Source: a virus
Lineage: Duplodnaviria; Caudoviricetes
Reading direction: 5' to 3' (one strand)
Virus record (IMG/VR): IMGVR_UViG_3300030372_004521
Location: 1 to 64,000 of that record
DNA length: 64,000 nt
Shown here piece after piece: positions 7,841-15,255 of this stretch. How positions within the stretch are numbered: the first letter of the stretch is position 1; each line of letters begins with the position of its first letter. The translations under genes and the position numbers were made by a program. The notes beneath the pieces are model-generated. The model was not told where the DNA came from, did not search any database, and was given only the letters and a program-made list of their open reading frames with translations.

Positions 7841-7841
7841 C

Positions 7842-8285
7842 ATGGAAATATCACAAGAAGGAAAATCACTTATTAAGAAATTTGAGGGTTGTCGTTTAGA
7901 AGCATACAAATGCCAAGCAAACGTTTGGACGTGTGGATGGGGCGCAACTAGAGATGTAAAAGAGGGAGATACTTGGTCTCAATCTTATGCTGATGAAAGG
8001 TTTGATGGGGATATAGTTGAGTTTGAAAATTATGTAAATGATCTAGTAAAAGTGCCATTACATCAATATCAGTTTGATTCTATTGTCGCATGGACATTTA
8101 ACTTGGGCCCAACAAATTTAAAAGAATCTACTCTATTAAAAGAGTTAAACAAAACGAATTATGAGGAAGTGCCATATCAGATTAAAAGATGGAATAAAGC
8201 AGGTGGAGAAATATCAAAAGGTCTAATAAGACGTAGAGAAGCCGAAGCACTTTTATTTGAGGGTAAAGAATGGCATGAGGTCTAA
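7842..8285 (+). CDS. Endolysin, phage lysozyme (GH24)
   Basis: MEISQEG..LIKKFEG.RL.AY.C..NVWTCG.G, QFD..V...FNLG, GL..RR.AE..LF; true start ATG 7842 after GGAG. Confidence 0.92.
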   Translation: MEISQEGKSLIKKFEGCRLEAYKCQANVWTCGWGATRDVKEGDTWSQSYADERFDGDIVEFENYVNDLVKVPLHQYQFDSIVAWTFNLGPTNLKESTLLKELNKTNYEEVPYQIKRWNKAGGEISKGLIRRREAEALLFEGKEWHEV

Positions 8286-8561
8286 ATGGCATTAAGTAAA
8301 AAACAAACTAAAAGACTTGGTTCAATCCTTAGTGTAATGTTCAAGGAAACTGTTCCTGAGAATTATGTTAAGGATTTAGCTGATGATGGTTTTGTAGAAA
8401 TAGAAAGCAACAAAGTATCTTTGACCGAAAAAGGCAAAGATGAAAAAAACCGTTTATGTACTTTAGCAGGGCTAAATATCAAATATGCTAGTGAATCAGA
8501 AGAAATGAAGCCCTCAGAAGTGGCTGACTTGGCTTCTAAGGGCTTGAAAGAGAGTAAGTAA
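8286..8561 (+). CDS. Hypothetical protein (possible winged helix)
   Basis: 91-aa ORF abutting the lysozyme; L..DGFVE.....LTEKG pattern. Confidence 0.55.
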   Translation: MALSKKQTKRLGSILSVMFKETVPENYVKDLADDGFVEIESNKVSLTEKGKDEKNRLCTLAGLNIKYASESEEMKPSEVADLASKGLKESK

Positions 8562-8576
8562 TACTAGGACAAGGGT

Positions 8577-8762
8577 CTAAACTACTGCCCTATGACCAAA
8601 CAACGTGTGGAAGTTTTCTTCACAACGTTTTGGATTAAACGTTTCCTTACCACCATATTTAGCATTTATTTCACTTACTTCATATTTAGAGTAATTAATG
8701 AAGCACATTAGATTATGCTCATAACTACTTTTTTCGTCATATTCAAATTGTTTAAAATTCAT
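8577..8762 (-). CDS. Hypothetical protein
   Basis: Last ORF of the leftward early operon. Confidence 0.55.
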   Translation of the reverse strand: MNFKQFEYDEKSSYEHNLMCFINYSKYEVSEINAKYGGKETFNPKRCEENFHTLFGHRAVV

Positions 8763-8764
8763 AT

Positions 8765-9190
8765 CTACCCCTCATAATAGTTTTTAATTCTAGGATGTTT
8801 GTGCAAGTTATTGCAATCCCAAAGTATTCTGTCTCTTATGTCTTGTTCAGTGTAATCAGGACTACACCATATACCGTTTTCTTGTGTTCCAATCACTAAT
8901 GCCTTACCACACAATATGTGATAATAATTTGATTCAAACATGAACCATAAAAATAACTCTTTCTTATCTTCTTTTAATAAACCCTCTTCATCTAATAAAA
9001 TTGAATCTCTTTGATATTTGCCTATATCTTCATGGTTTGCACTTATAATCTGCAGTAAATCATCATCAAATAACTCAATATGACCTTTTAACTTTTTCCA
9101 AAAATACCCATCATTGGGATCATAATCAATCATCAACTTATTGACTTCTTTTTCTTTAGGGTCAATTAAGTATGCTCTAATCTTTTTCAT
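8765..9190 (-). CDS. Hypothetical phage protein (DUF3846-like)
   Basis: AYLIDP...LLDEEGLLK...ILCGKALVIG motif. Confidence 0.6.
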   Translation of the reverse strand: MKKIRAYLIDPKEKEVNKLMIDYDPNDGYFWKKLKGHIELFDDDLLQIISANHEDIGKYQRDSILLDEEGLLKEDKKELFLWFMFESNYYHILCGKALVIGTQENGIWCSPDYTEQDIRDRILWDCNNLHKHPRIKNYYEG

Positions 9191-9436
9191 TTAATGCTCC
9201 GTAAATGCTTTCCCGATTTCCTTAGACAATTTGTTTTGTACTTTCTGCAACTTCATATAAATTTCAACCAAACATTGTAGTTGATCTTCTGTATGAACTT
9301 GGTATGTAGAGTTAATTCTAGGATAAAGTTTTTTGTTTATGTTATTGATGTCTAATGACAGACCAATAAGCACATCTAAGCTATCTACACTGTCGTAGAG
9401 TTGCTCAGTTTCTTTTTTATATCTAGCTTTACTCAT
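9191..9436 (-). CDS. Hypothetical protein
   Basis: Coupled ORF in the operon. Confidence 0.6.
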   Translation of the reverse strand: MSKARYKKETEQLYDSVDSLDVLIGLSLDINNINKKLYPRINSTYQVHTEDQLQCLVEIYMKLQKVQNKLSKEIGKAFTEH

Positions 9437-9615
9437 TTCAAAATTATCCTTATTAGGTTTGCTATCCTAATATTTATAGAAGCATGACCATTTTCAAATC
9501 TTGCGATCATACTTCTATTTGGTACACCTTTAGAGTAATAACCTAACAATTCAGCTAATCTTCCTTGAGACATTCCTTTATCAACTCTAAGTTTTTTTAA
9601 TTCTTCGCCTGTCAT
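9433..9615 (-). CDS. XRE-family helix-turn-helix protein
   Basis: LKKLR...GMSQ..LAELLG.....IARFENG; GAGGAG RBS. Confidence 0.85.
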   Translation of the reverse strand: MTGEELKKLRVDKGMSQGRLAELLGYYSKGVPNRSMIARFENGHASINIRIANLIRIILK

Positions 9616-9779
9616 TTTTTCTCCTCAAACACTGAAACCTTTGTCTTAATAATTTCAAAATCTTCAAGTTGATCTTGAAATCTATGGTGTCGGCTTAAAT
9701 TGTGTTCTTCTAACCATTTCTTTGGATTATTAGTAACAGCTACTAAGTCTTCCTTGAGCATTACATACACTTCACCCAT
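9612..9779 (-). CDS. Hypothetical protein, 55 aa, not in ORF track
   Basis: MGEVYVMLKEDLVAVTNNPKKWLEEHN...; stop/start overlaps on both sides. Confidence 0.6.
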   Translation of the reverse strand: MGEVYVMLKEDLVAVTNNPKKWLEEHNLSRHHRFQDQLEDFEIIKTKVSVFEEKK

Positions 9780-10234
9780 TATGAACCCCAATTATAAGAG
9801 ATATGTTTAAAACCTCTATCATTCTTCTTTGTGAAGTCTAATGCATTTTTTAAACATTCTATATTTAAGTCAAAATCCTCATAACCCTCTTTTATACATT
9901 CTAAGTATGGGGTACTAGGCATAATATATTCTTTGCTATTTCTCATAACATAGAACATAACTGGTTCAGCATAACCGTTTATCTTTCTCCAAGATGTTCT
10001 CTTTAAGTAAAGGTATGGATAACCCTCAAAACGATCTAGTGCTTTCTCGCAATCCTCAGTAATATCCCAAAGTACACCGTGAACTTCTGAACCATCTTGT
10101 TCTTCAATATCAGCTACACCTTTGAATACTAATTTATGACTTGGTAACGAAAACTTACCCATAGGTTTTGCCTTTGGACATCTTCGTTTCATGCCATTAA
10201 TATTTAAGTTTGCTCCATATGCAAAATACAACAT
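9779..10234 (-). CDS. Gamma-glutamylcyclotransferase (AIG2-like)
   Basis: LYFAYGANL....M..RCP.A, V.GVLW.I...CE..LD.FEGYP..Y, PS..Y...I..G. Confidence 0.9.
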   Translation of the reverse strand: MLYFAYGANLNINGMKRRCPKAKPMGKFSLPSHKLVFKGVADIEEQDGSEVHGVLWDITEDCEKALDRFEGYPYLYLKRTSWRKINGYAEPVMFYVMRNSKEYIMPSTPYLECIKEGYEDFDLNIECLKNALDFTKKNDRGFKHISYNWGS

Positions 10235-10482
10235 TACTGCACACTCCTTATTAGCCCATAGTGTTCTAATTGATCTATGAACTGGGCTATATCTTCATAA
10301 ACCAAATCATATCCATACTGGATTTTGATTCTTTTGCTTGTGTTATCTATCCATTTCTCAAAGGGTTCACCAGTAAAATGAAAGACCTTAGAACTTGCAT
10401 ACATTTGCTTGGCAATACTCACCTTACTCATTCCCTCAAGAACACAATTATCTACTTCTATGTAATATTTTAATTTTTTCAT
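10234..10482 (-). CDS. Hypothetical protein between amidoligase and GGCT
   Basis: 82 aa, TAATG-coupled on both sides. Confidence 0.65.
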   Translation of the reverse strand: MKKLKYYIEVDNCVLEGMSKVSIAKQMYASSKVFHFTGEPFEKWIDNTSKRIKIQYGYDLVYEDIAQFIDQLEHYGLIRSVQ

Positions 10483-11423
10483 TAATACCCTGATCTATTG
10501 TTTTCTAAACTTTTAACTCGTCTATTATAAAAAAGTCTTAATTTAGTATTTATTAAGTCACTACCTTTAGATAGTCCATTGAAAAATGTTTTAACATCAT
10601 AATTATTATCATTTAGTTTCTCAAATGGATTATTGTTTAGTCTTATTGCTCTTTTAGCATCACCACACTCAACCATAGCCATACATACTTTTAACCAATT
10701 TATGATCTTTTCCATATCAACAGTACCACTATGTTGTCTGAACTCAATTGTTCCGTGCTTCCAAAAACTTTGTAAATTCAATTTAACGTATCTAGTATAG
10801 TTATTGTGTAACGACTTCAATTTTGACGTTGTCCTTACTTTATTTATTTGAGAGAATATTTCAGAAAGTTGTCCATCTAAATCCCAATTTGATTTGCAGT
10901 AATTACCTTTATTTTCACGTCTTGAATGAGGCAACAATGAATCTATAGTCTTTTGAAACTTAGCATATCTTTTAAATAAATTTTTAAAGTTGCCAATTTT
11001 CCAATTCTCAATCCCAACATGAACGTGCAATCCACAACTTCTGTTTGCACTAGTCCATCTATCAAGCCCATTCACATTTTCATAAAGACTAGTATTAATT
11101 GCTTCAATAGCTAGTTTTAATCTCTCATAGTCTGCTTCACCGTGTAGAACTGGTGTTACTAACTCTAGACCATATGGATAGTCACTAGTATCTCTTATGC
11201 TTGAATCAGTTTTAATTCTCCAAGTATTACTAGAATCAGAGTAGTAAACACTTTCAAATCTAAAATCTGCTACAGGATTACCCTCTGCTTGTTTTGCTTT
11301 TAGGTAATCATTAATTTTAGCTACTGCATTACACTGCGAAATTTTTGATATAAATTCTATTTCAACCCCAAATTTTCTTTTGGTATCAAATGATTCTCTA
11401 TTCAAACTTTTTTCAAATGTCAT
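10482..11423 (-). CDS. Putative amidoligase (COOH-NH2 ligase type 2)
   Basis: FGVEIE, W.I.TDSSI, ELVTPVL, N.SCGLHVHVG, RY.KLNL, TIEFRQH.GT. Confidence 0.88.
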   Translation of the reverse strand: MTFEKSLNRESFDTKRKFGVEIEFISKISQCNAVAKINDYLKAKQAEGNPVADFRFESVYYSDSSNTWRIKTDSSIRDTSDYPYGLELVTPVLHGEADYERLKLAIEAINTSLYENVNGLDRWTSANRSCGLHVHVGIENWKIGNFKNLFKRYAKFQKTIDSLLPHSRRENKGNYCKSNWDLDGQLSEIFSQINKVRTTSKLKSLHNNYTRYVKLNLQSFWKHGTIEFRQHSGTVDMEKIINWLKVCMAMVECGDAKRAIRLNNNPFEKLNDNNYDVKTFFNGLSKGSDLINTKLRLFYNRRVKSLENNRSGY

Positions 11424-11456
11424 TTTTTCAAACTCCTTTTATCAAATAACAATACA

Positions 11457-11485
11457 ATTAGACCATGATTTGTTTATAAATACAA
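11457..11485 (-). promoter_or_regulatory. Sigma70-type early promoter TTGTAT-N17-TCTAAT (extended -10)
   Basis: Upstream of the amidoligase RBS (AAGGAG); nearly identical to the element at 30667-30695. Confidence 0.7.
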
Positions 11486-11517
11486 CCAGTTACAATAAAA
11501 AACTAGGTTTATTTTGT

Positions 11518-11874
11518 CTAAAATGGTGAATTATCAATAATTTTTATTGGAACTCTTTTGTTATAAAGCATTTCAGCTATTCTCTTTCCAGTATCATCAG
11601 GAAGTCCATAAGCATTAAAAAACTCTTTTTCACTGCCATATTTGGTGTGTAGCTCATGGTGATGGTGATAGCATAAGGGTATAACATTTTTGTCATTTGC
11701 TCTTAATCCTATACCCCTAGAACCATCATATGGTTTTAATAGATGGTGTGCTTGTGTTGGCCCTTTGCATTCACAACCCGTATGAAAAGACCTCATAATG
11801 CACTGCATTCTTGCAATACTTTCTAAATGCTCTCTATCCTCAAATCTTTTTTTAGAAGTCTTGGTTTTTTTCAT
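11518..11874 (-). CDS. DUF968-like/HNH-like Zn-binding recombination nuclease
   Basis: HL..I...C....C....QAHH......G.G....D...IPLC..HH.ELH. Confidence 0.75.
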   Translation of the reverse strand: MKKTKTSKKRFEDREHLESIARMQCIMRSFHTGCECKGPTQAHHLLKPYDGSRGIGLRANDKNVIPLCYHHHHELHTKYGSEKEFFNAYGLPDDTGKRIAEMLYNKRVPIKIIDNSPF

Positions 11875-12205
11875 TAGTTTTAGCCAAAAGACTTACGTTA
11901 GTATATGAGACACCCTGTTCTGATGTTTCTTTCCAACCACTGAATAAATAACTTTCACCATCAATAGTAACTGGCCCTTTTATGTCAGGACTTTTTGGAC
12001 TTAATTTTTCTTCTTGAGTATGTAACAACCCAACAGACATCATTAACTCATATTTATGTTCGCCATTAATAAATGTTTTTAGAATAGCAACATATCTTTT
12101 CTTGCCCTGTAGCATTAGTGAACCTTTACGGATTACTTTTGCCTCAGTTTCAGGCCACATACGACCTTTTTTTTCTTTCTGATAATTAGTATTTTCTTCA
12201 CTCAT
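11852..12205 (-). CDS. Putative ssDNA-binding protein (DUF736-like)
   Basis: KSPDIKGPVTIDG..Y..SGW..TS..G..Y..VSL; recombination-gene context. Confidence 0.5.
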   Translation of the reverse strand: MSEENTNYQKEKKGRMWPETEAKVIRKGSLMLQGKKRYVAILKTFINGEHKYELMMSVGLLHTQEEKLSPKSPDIKGPVTIDGESYLFSGWKETSEQGVSYTNVSLLAKTNEKNQDF

Positions 12206-12233
12206 AATTTTTTTCTCCTATTTTTTTTCAAAT

Positions 12234-12500
12234 TTATCCGTAGAGCTGATCTTCTACTTGCTTAATTAATTTTTTCAAATTTTCTTCTTCCCAATCAAAG
12301 TCTTTAGAGAACCAAGCATCAACACATTCTCCATATATATCAGTTAGATCATATAACTCTATATCTTCTTCTAGTGGTAAAGCAGGGTACGAAAATTGTA
12401 TAAACACATAATCATCAACCCTTTTCGCTTTAGTAATATCATTTATATCCTTATCATGCCCTCTATTACCGAGATACATGACCACATCTTCTTTCTTCAT
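12234..12500 (-). CDS. Hypothetical protein
   Basis: ORF with AAGG RBS in the leftward operon. Confidence 0.6.
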   Translation of the reverse strand: MKKEDVVMYLGNRGHDKDINDITKAKRVDDYVFIQFSYPALPLEEDIELYDLTDIYGECVDAWFSKDFDWEEENLKKLIKQVEDQLYG

Positions 12501-12509
12501 ATTTTTACC

Positions 12510-12794
12510 TTAATGTTGTTTTTGTTTAAAAAAAAGACCGTTCTGTATATCCTCAGATACTTCGGGCATCAATTGTTGAAGTTGTATATATTGTTTCAAT
12601 GTCATAGCTACTTTAATTTCTTTTTCTTTAGTAATAATTGGTTCATTATTCCAAACTTCATATAAAAGTCTCTTAACATTGGCACTAATTTTTCTTGCAA
12701 AAAATGCTTGATCTATGAGTTGTAAATTCATTTTCTTTACTTCTTCATAATCTTTTTCACTTACATCAATATCAATTAACATATTTCTAAACAT
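12510..12794 (-). CDS. Hypothetical protein
   Basis: ORF in the leftward operon. Confidence 0.6.
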   Translation of the reverse strand: MFRNMLIDIDVSEKDYEEVKKMNLQLIDQAFFARKISANVKRLLYEVWNNEPIITKEKEIKVAMTLKQYIQLQQLMPEVSEDIQNGLFFKQKQH

Positions 12795-12796
12795 CC

Positions 12797-13087
12797 TTAT
12801 TCTTCAAAACCTTTTTCTACTAGTCTGTATGTATATCCTTTTCCACCAGTTATAGCTTCTTTTTTAACCGTGTTAAATGCCATATTGGTATTCAAATTAT
12901 ACTTTTTTCTTTCAGGCATTTTACGTAAATCTCTCACTGCGGCACCAATTGAGTTTTCACTATAGAACTTATTAGCTTTCTCTTTTATGGTTTCTTGTAA
13001 TTGCCAGTAAGTCCACTTCTTGCCATTTCTCATACACAAATACACACAGTCAGTTATTGATAAAATTTTCTTTTTAGAAGTAATCAT
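12797..13087 (-). CDS. Winged-helix-like DNA-binding protein
   Basis: W.T..L...I.......SE.SI.A..RDLRK...Y.YRL motif. Confidence 0.6.
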   Translation of the reverse strand: MITSKKKILSITDCVYLCMRNGKKWTYWQLQETIKEKANKFYSENSIGAAVRDLRKMPERKKYNLNTNMAFNTVKKEAITGGKGYTYRLVEKGFEE

Positions 13088-13541
13088 CTGACGATTTTGT
13101 AGTTGGTGTTGGATTACTTTGGTATGCAGTTTTGTTGCTCATTTTTTGGTTTGAGAATTTTTTTGATTTATCAACTGCAGTATTACCATCATCATCTTCT
13201 GATCTAAGACCACAAGCCATCATTAAGCTATATCTCTTAGCATAAGTTAAAGCACTACCGAAAGCATGAGGGTCATTCTTTGTTGTTGGCATAAATACTA
13301 CACCACTACTTATTGAACTACCGTGTCCAAATAATACTGTTTCCACTCCAAGTGCATTTTCTTTTTCATGGGCTATTTGTTGAAAATATATCCCATTTTT
13401 ATTTAACAACTCTTTCACTGATTCAATAACAGCCCCAAGTGATGCATAACCACTTTTAAAGTATGGGTTTTCAGAGTCGTTTTTAACATCTTCTACTTGA
13501 CTTTGAAATTTAATCAAAGCATTTACTAATTCGTCTTTCAT
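13074..13541 (-). CDS. erf: ERF-family single-strand annealing recombinase
   Basis: NP.FKS.YA.L..V, GSALTYAKRYSL....G...EDDDGN. Confidence 0.9.
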   Translation of the reverse strand: MKDELVNALIKFQSQVEDVKNDSENPYFKSGYASLGAVIESVKELLNKNGIYFQQIAHEKENALGVETVLFGHGSSISSGVVFMPTTKNDPHAFGSALTYAKRYSLMMACGLRSEDDDGNTAVDKSKKFSNQKMSNKTAYQSNPTPTTKSSDDYF

Positions 13542-13544
13542 ATT

Positions 13545-14342
13545 TCACTCCTTAAATAAAACGTTAGCCCCTTTTATTTCAGTTGGGCCCCACTGTCTCA
13601 TAAAGTTTTCATTGGTAGTGTCAGGTACAAGACATGACATACGTGCAACTTCATGAATATCGCTTGAAAATGACAAAAGGTTCATCATTTTTTTTGCAAT
13701 TAGGTGAATGTCCTTTATATGTTTTTGGACATCATTAACTGGTATTGTTACTAATTCTTTTTTTGTTTTTGTAGCATAGACATAGTCAAGTACTGCTTTT
13801 TTCCCAGTAGCAAGACTGTAGAAAGAAACTTGTCTTTGGTAATCACTACGTAGTTTTGGTGTTGAGCCAGTAGTTTTTATATCTCTTACACAATTTTCAT
13901 ACTCCATATCTATATAACCCATTACTGGTATTGGAATATCATCAAACTTATATTCAACTTTGTGTTGTGCTTTTTCTAGTTTTCCAAAATTTCTATATAT
14001 AGGTATAGCCATTCTAAGAGTTTCAGGTAATAAAAGTTGTCTTTTTATACAACCATCAAAGTCGTATTGATCTCCTAGCCCCTTATCAAATATCTCTTTA
14101 TGGACTATATCGTACCTAGCCATAGATAAAGCAATACATTCTTCTACGGGGGATTCAGGGTGTAAACAAGCATGAGTAATCCCATATTCTGCTATATTCC
14201 CAAATGTCATGGCAGGAGCATATGCTGTATCTCTATACCCTGCTATATTAACTAACCACTTAGCAGGATCACTGCGAAACTTATTTATAGAAGATGGTGA
14301 AAGTCTTGCGACACCGTGTTTCTCAAATGGATTATTTTTCAT
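13545..14342 (-). CDS. PD-(D/E)XK exonuclease (RecB/Cas4-like)
   Basis: LSPSSIN.F, G.IDM......DIKTT, Q...Y; likely start ATG 14342 (MKNNPF). Confidence 0.82.
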   Translation of the reverse strand: MKNNPFEKHGVARLSPSSINKFRSDPAKWLVNIAGYRDTAYAPAMTFGNIAEYGITHACLHPESPVEECIALSMARYDIVHKEIFDKGLGDQYDFDGCIKRQLLLPETLRMAIPIYRNFGKLEKAQHKVEYKFDDIPIPVMGYIDMEYENCVRDIKTTGSTPKLRSDYQRQVSFYSLATGKKAVLDYVYATKTKKELVTIPVNDVQKHIKDIHLIAKKMMNLLSFSSDIHEVARMSCLVPDTTNENFMRQWGPTEIKGANVLFKE

Positions 14343-14369
14343 ATTTTTATCAAATTTTAGACATTTTAA

Positions 14370-14382
14370 ACCCATTTTGGGT
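14370..14382. promoter_or_regulatory. Palindromic operator ACCCA-N3-TGGGT (site 1)
   Basis: In the divergent control region; second perfect copy at 14640-14652. Confidence 0.6.
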
Positions 14383-14416
14383 AGATTACCAGTGTTAATT
14401 TAGATAGACTATAAAT

Positions 14417-14623
14417 ATGAAAATTACTGACTGGTTAAAAAATAATAATATTACTCATAAAGAGTTTATTGAAAGATCAAAAGCACACGGTAAAGAAATA
14501 TCTGTAGGAGCTTTACAAAAGTGGTGTGCCGGTCAAAGAATACCAAGAAAAGACGAGATGGAAAAAATCTATAATCTCACAAATAAAAAAGTAAAACCAA
14601 ACGACTTTTATAATTTGGATTGA
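14417..14623 (+). CDS. Cro-like HTH regulator
   Basis: 68 aa, ..WL.......F.......S..A..KW..G.R.P......I...T...V.PNDF; first gene of the rightward operon. Confidence 0.8.
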   Translation: MKITDWLKNNNITHKEFIERSKAHGKEISVGALQKWCAGQRIPRKDEMEKIYNLTNKKVKPNDFYNLD

Positions 14624-14639
14624 TATTTTTATTTTCATA

Positions 14640-14652
14640 ACCCATAATGGGT
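14640..14652. promoter_or_regulatory. Palindromic operator ACCCA-N3-TGGGT (site 2)
   Basis: ACCCATAATGGGT just before the initiator ATG. Confidence 0.6.
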
Positions 14653-14656
14653 GGTT

Positions 14657-15232
14657 ATGAGTATAGAAGCATTATCGTGGGGTATTAAACAAAATACCGA
14701 CACTCCAACCAGTAAACTCGTTTTACTTATACTTTGTAACTATGCAAATTCAGAACAAAAATCTTTTCCTAGTGAAAAACATTTATCTAAATTATGTGGA
14801 GTTACAGAGAGATCAATACGTAGATGTATTAAATCATTAAAAGAAAAAAAATTAATCAACATAACTGCAAGAGGTTTCAATTCAAATGAATATACTATGT
14901 TACTACAGGACACACATGACCTATCTGTTAGGACACCAGTGACCAATAATACTAAAGCTAAAACTAAAGATATATATGGTGAAAAGTTTGATGGTTTTTG
15001 GAAACTGTATCCAAGAAAAGTGAACAAGTATCAGACAGGTTTGGTTTTCAACAAAATGAAGTCAAAAGAAATTTTAGAAGTAATGAAAGGTGTAAAGAAT
15101 TTTAGAGAAGTGTGCATAAGGGATAACACCGAACAAAAGTATATTCCTCATGCAACTACATGGTTAAGACAAAAAAGGTATCTTGATTATCTTAGTCAGA
15201 AAAGTAATACTCTCAATTCAATTGCAGGATAA
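14657..15232 (+). CDS. Replication initiator (HTH_36 N-terminus, phage replisome-organiser-like C-terminus)
   Basis: KLVLL.L..YAN....FPS...L...CG.TERS..R....L.....I; FD.FW..YP.K..K; IPHA.TWL...RY.D. Confidence 0.85.
   Translation: MSIEALSWGIKQNTDTPTSKLVLLILCNYANSEQKSFPSEKHLSKLCGVTERSIRRCIKSLKEKKLINITARGFNSNEYTMLLQDTHDLSVRTPVTNNTKAKTKDIYGEKFDGFWKLYPRKVNKYQTGLVFNKMKSKEILEVMKGVKNFREVCIRDNTEQKYIPHATTWLRQKRYLDYLSQKSNTLNSIAG
14907..14977. other. Putative replication origin: two iterons AGGACAC-N3-TGACC plus an AT-rich tract
   Basis: Repeats at 14907-14921 and 14930-14944 in the initiator linker, followed by aataatactaaagctaaaactaaagatatatat. Confidence 0.5.
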
Positions 15233-15255
15233 GTTAAAAATATAAGGAGTAAAAG

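Noticed and set aside
7680-7841. N-terminal extension (SAR/signal) on the lysozyme as given in the ORF track
   Set aside because: It overlaps the nuclease gene, is not hydrophobic, and a GGAG RBS precedes ATG 7842 where lysozyme homology begins
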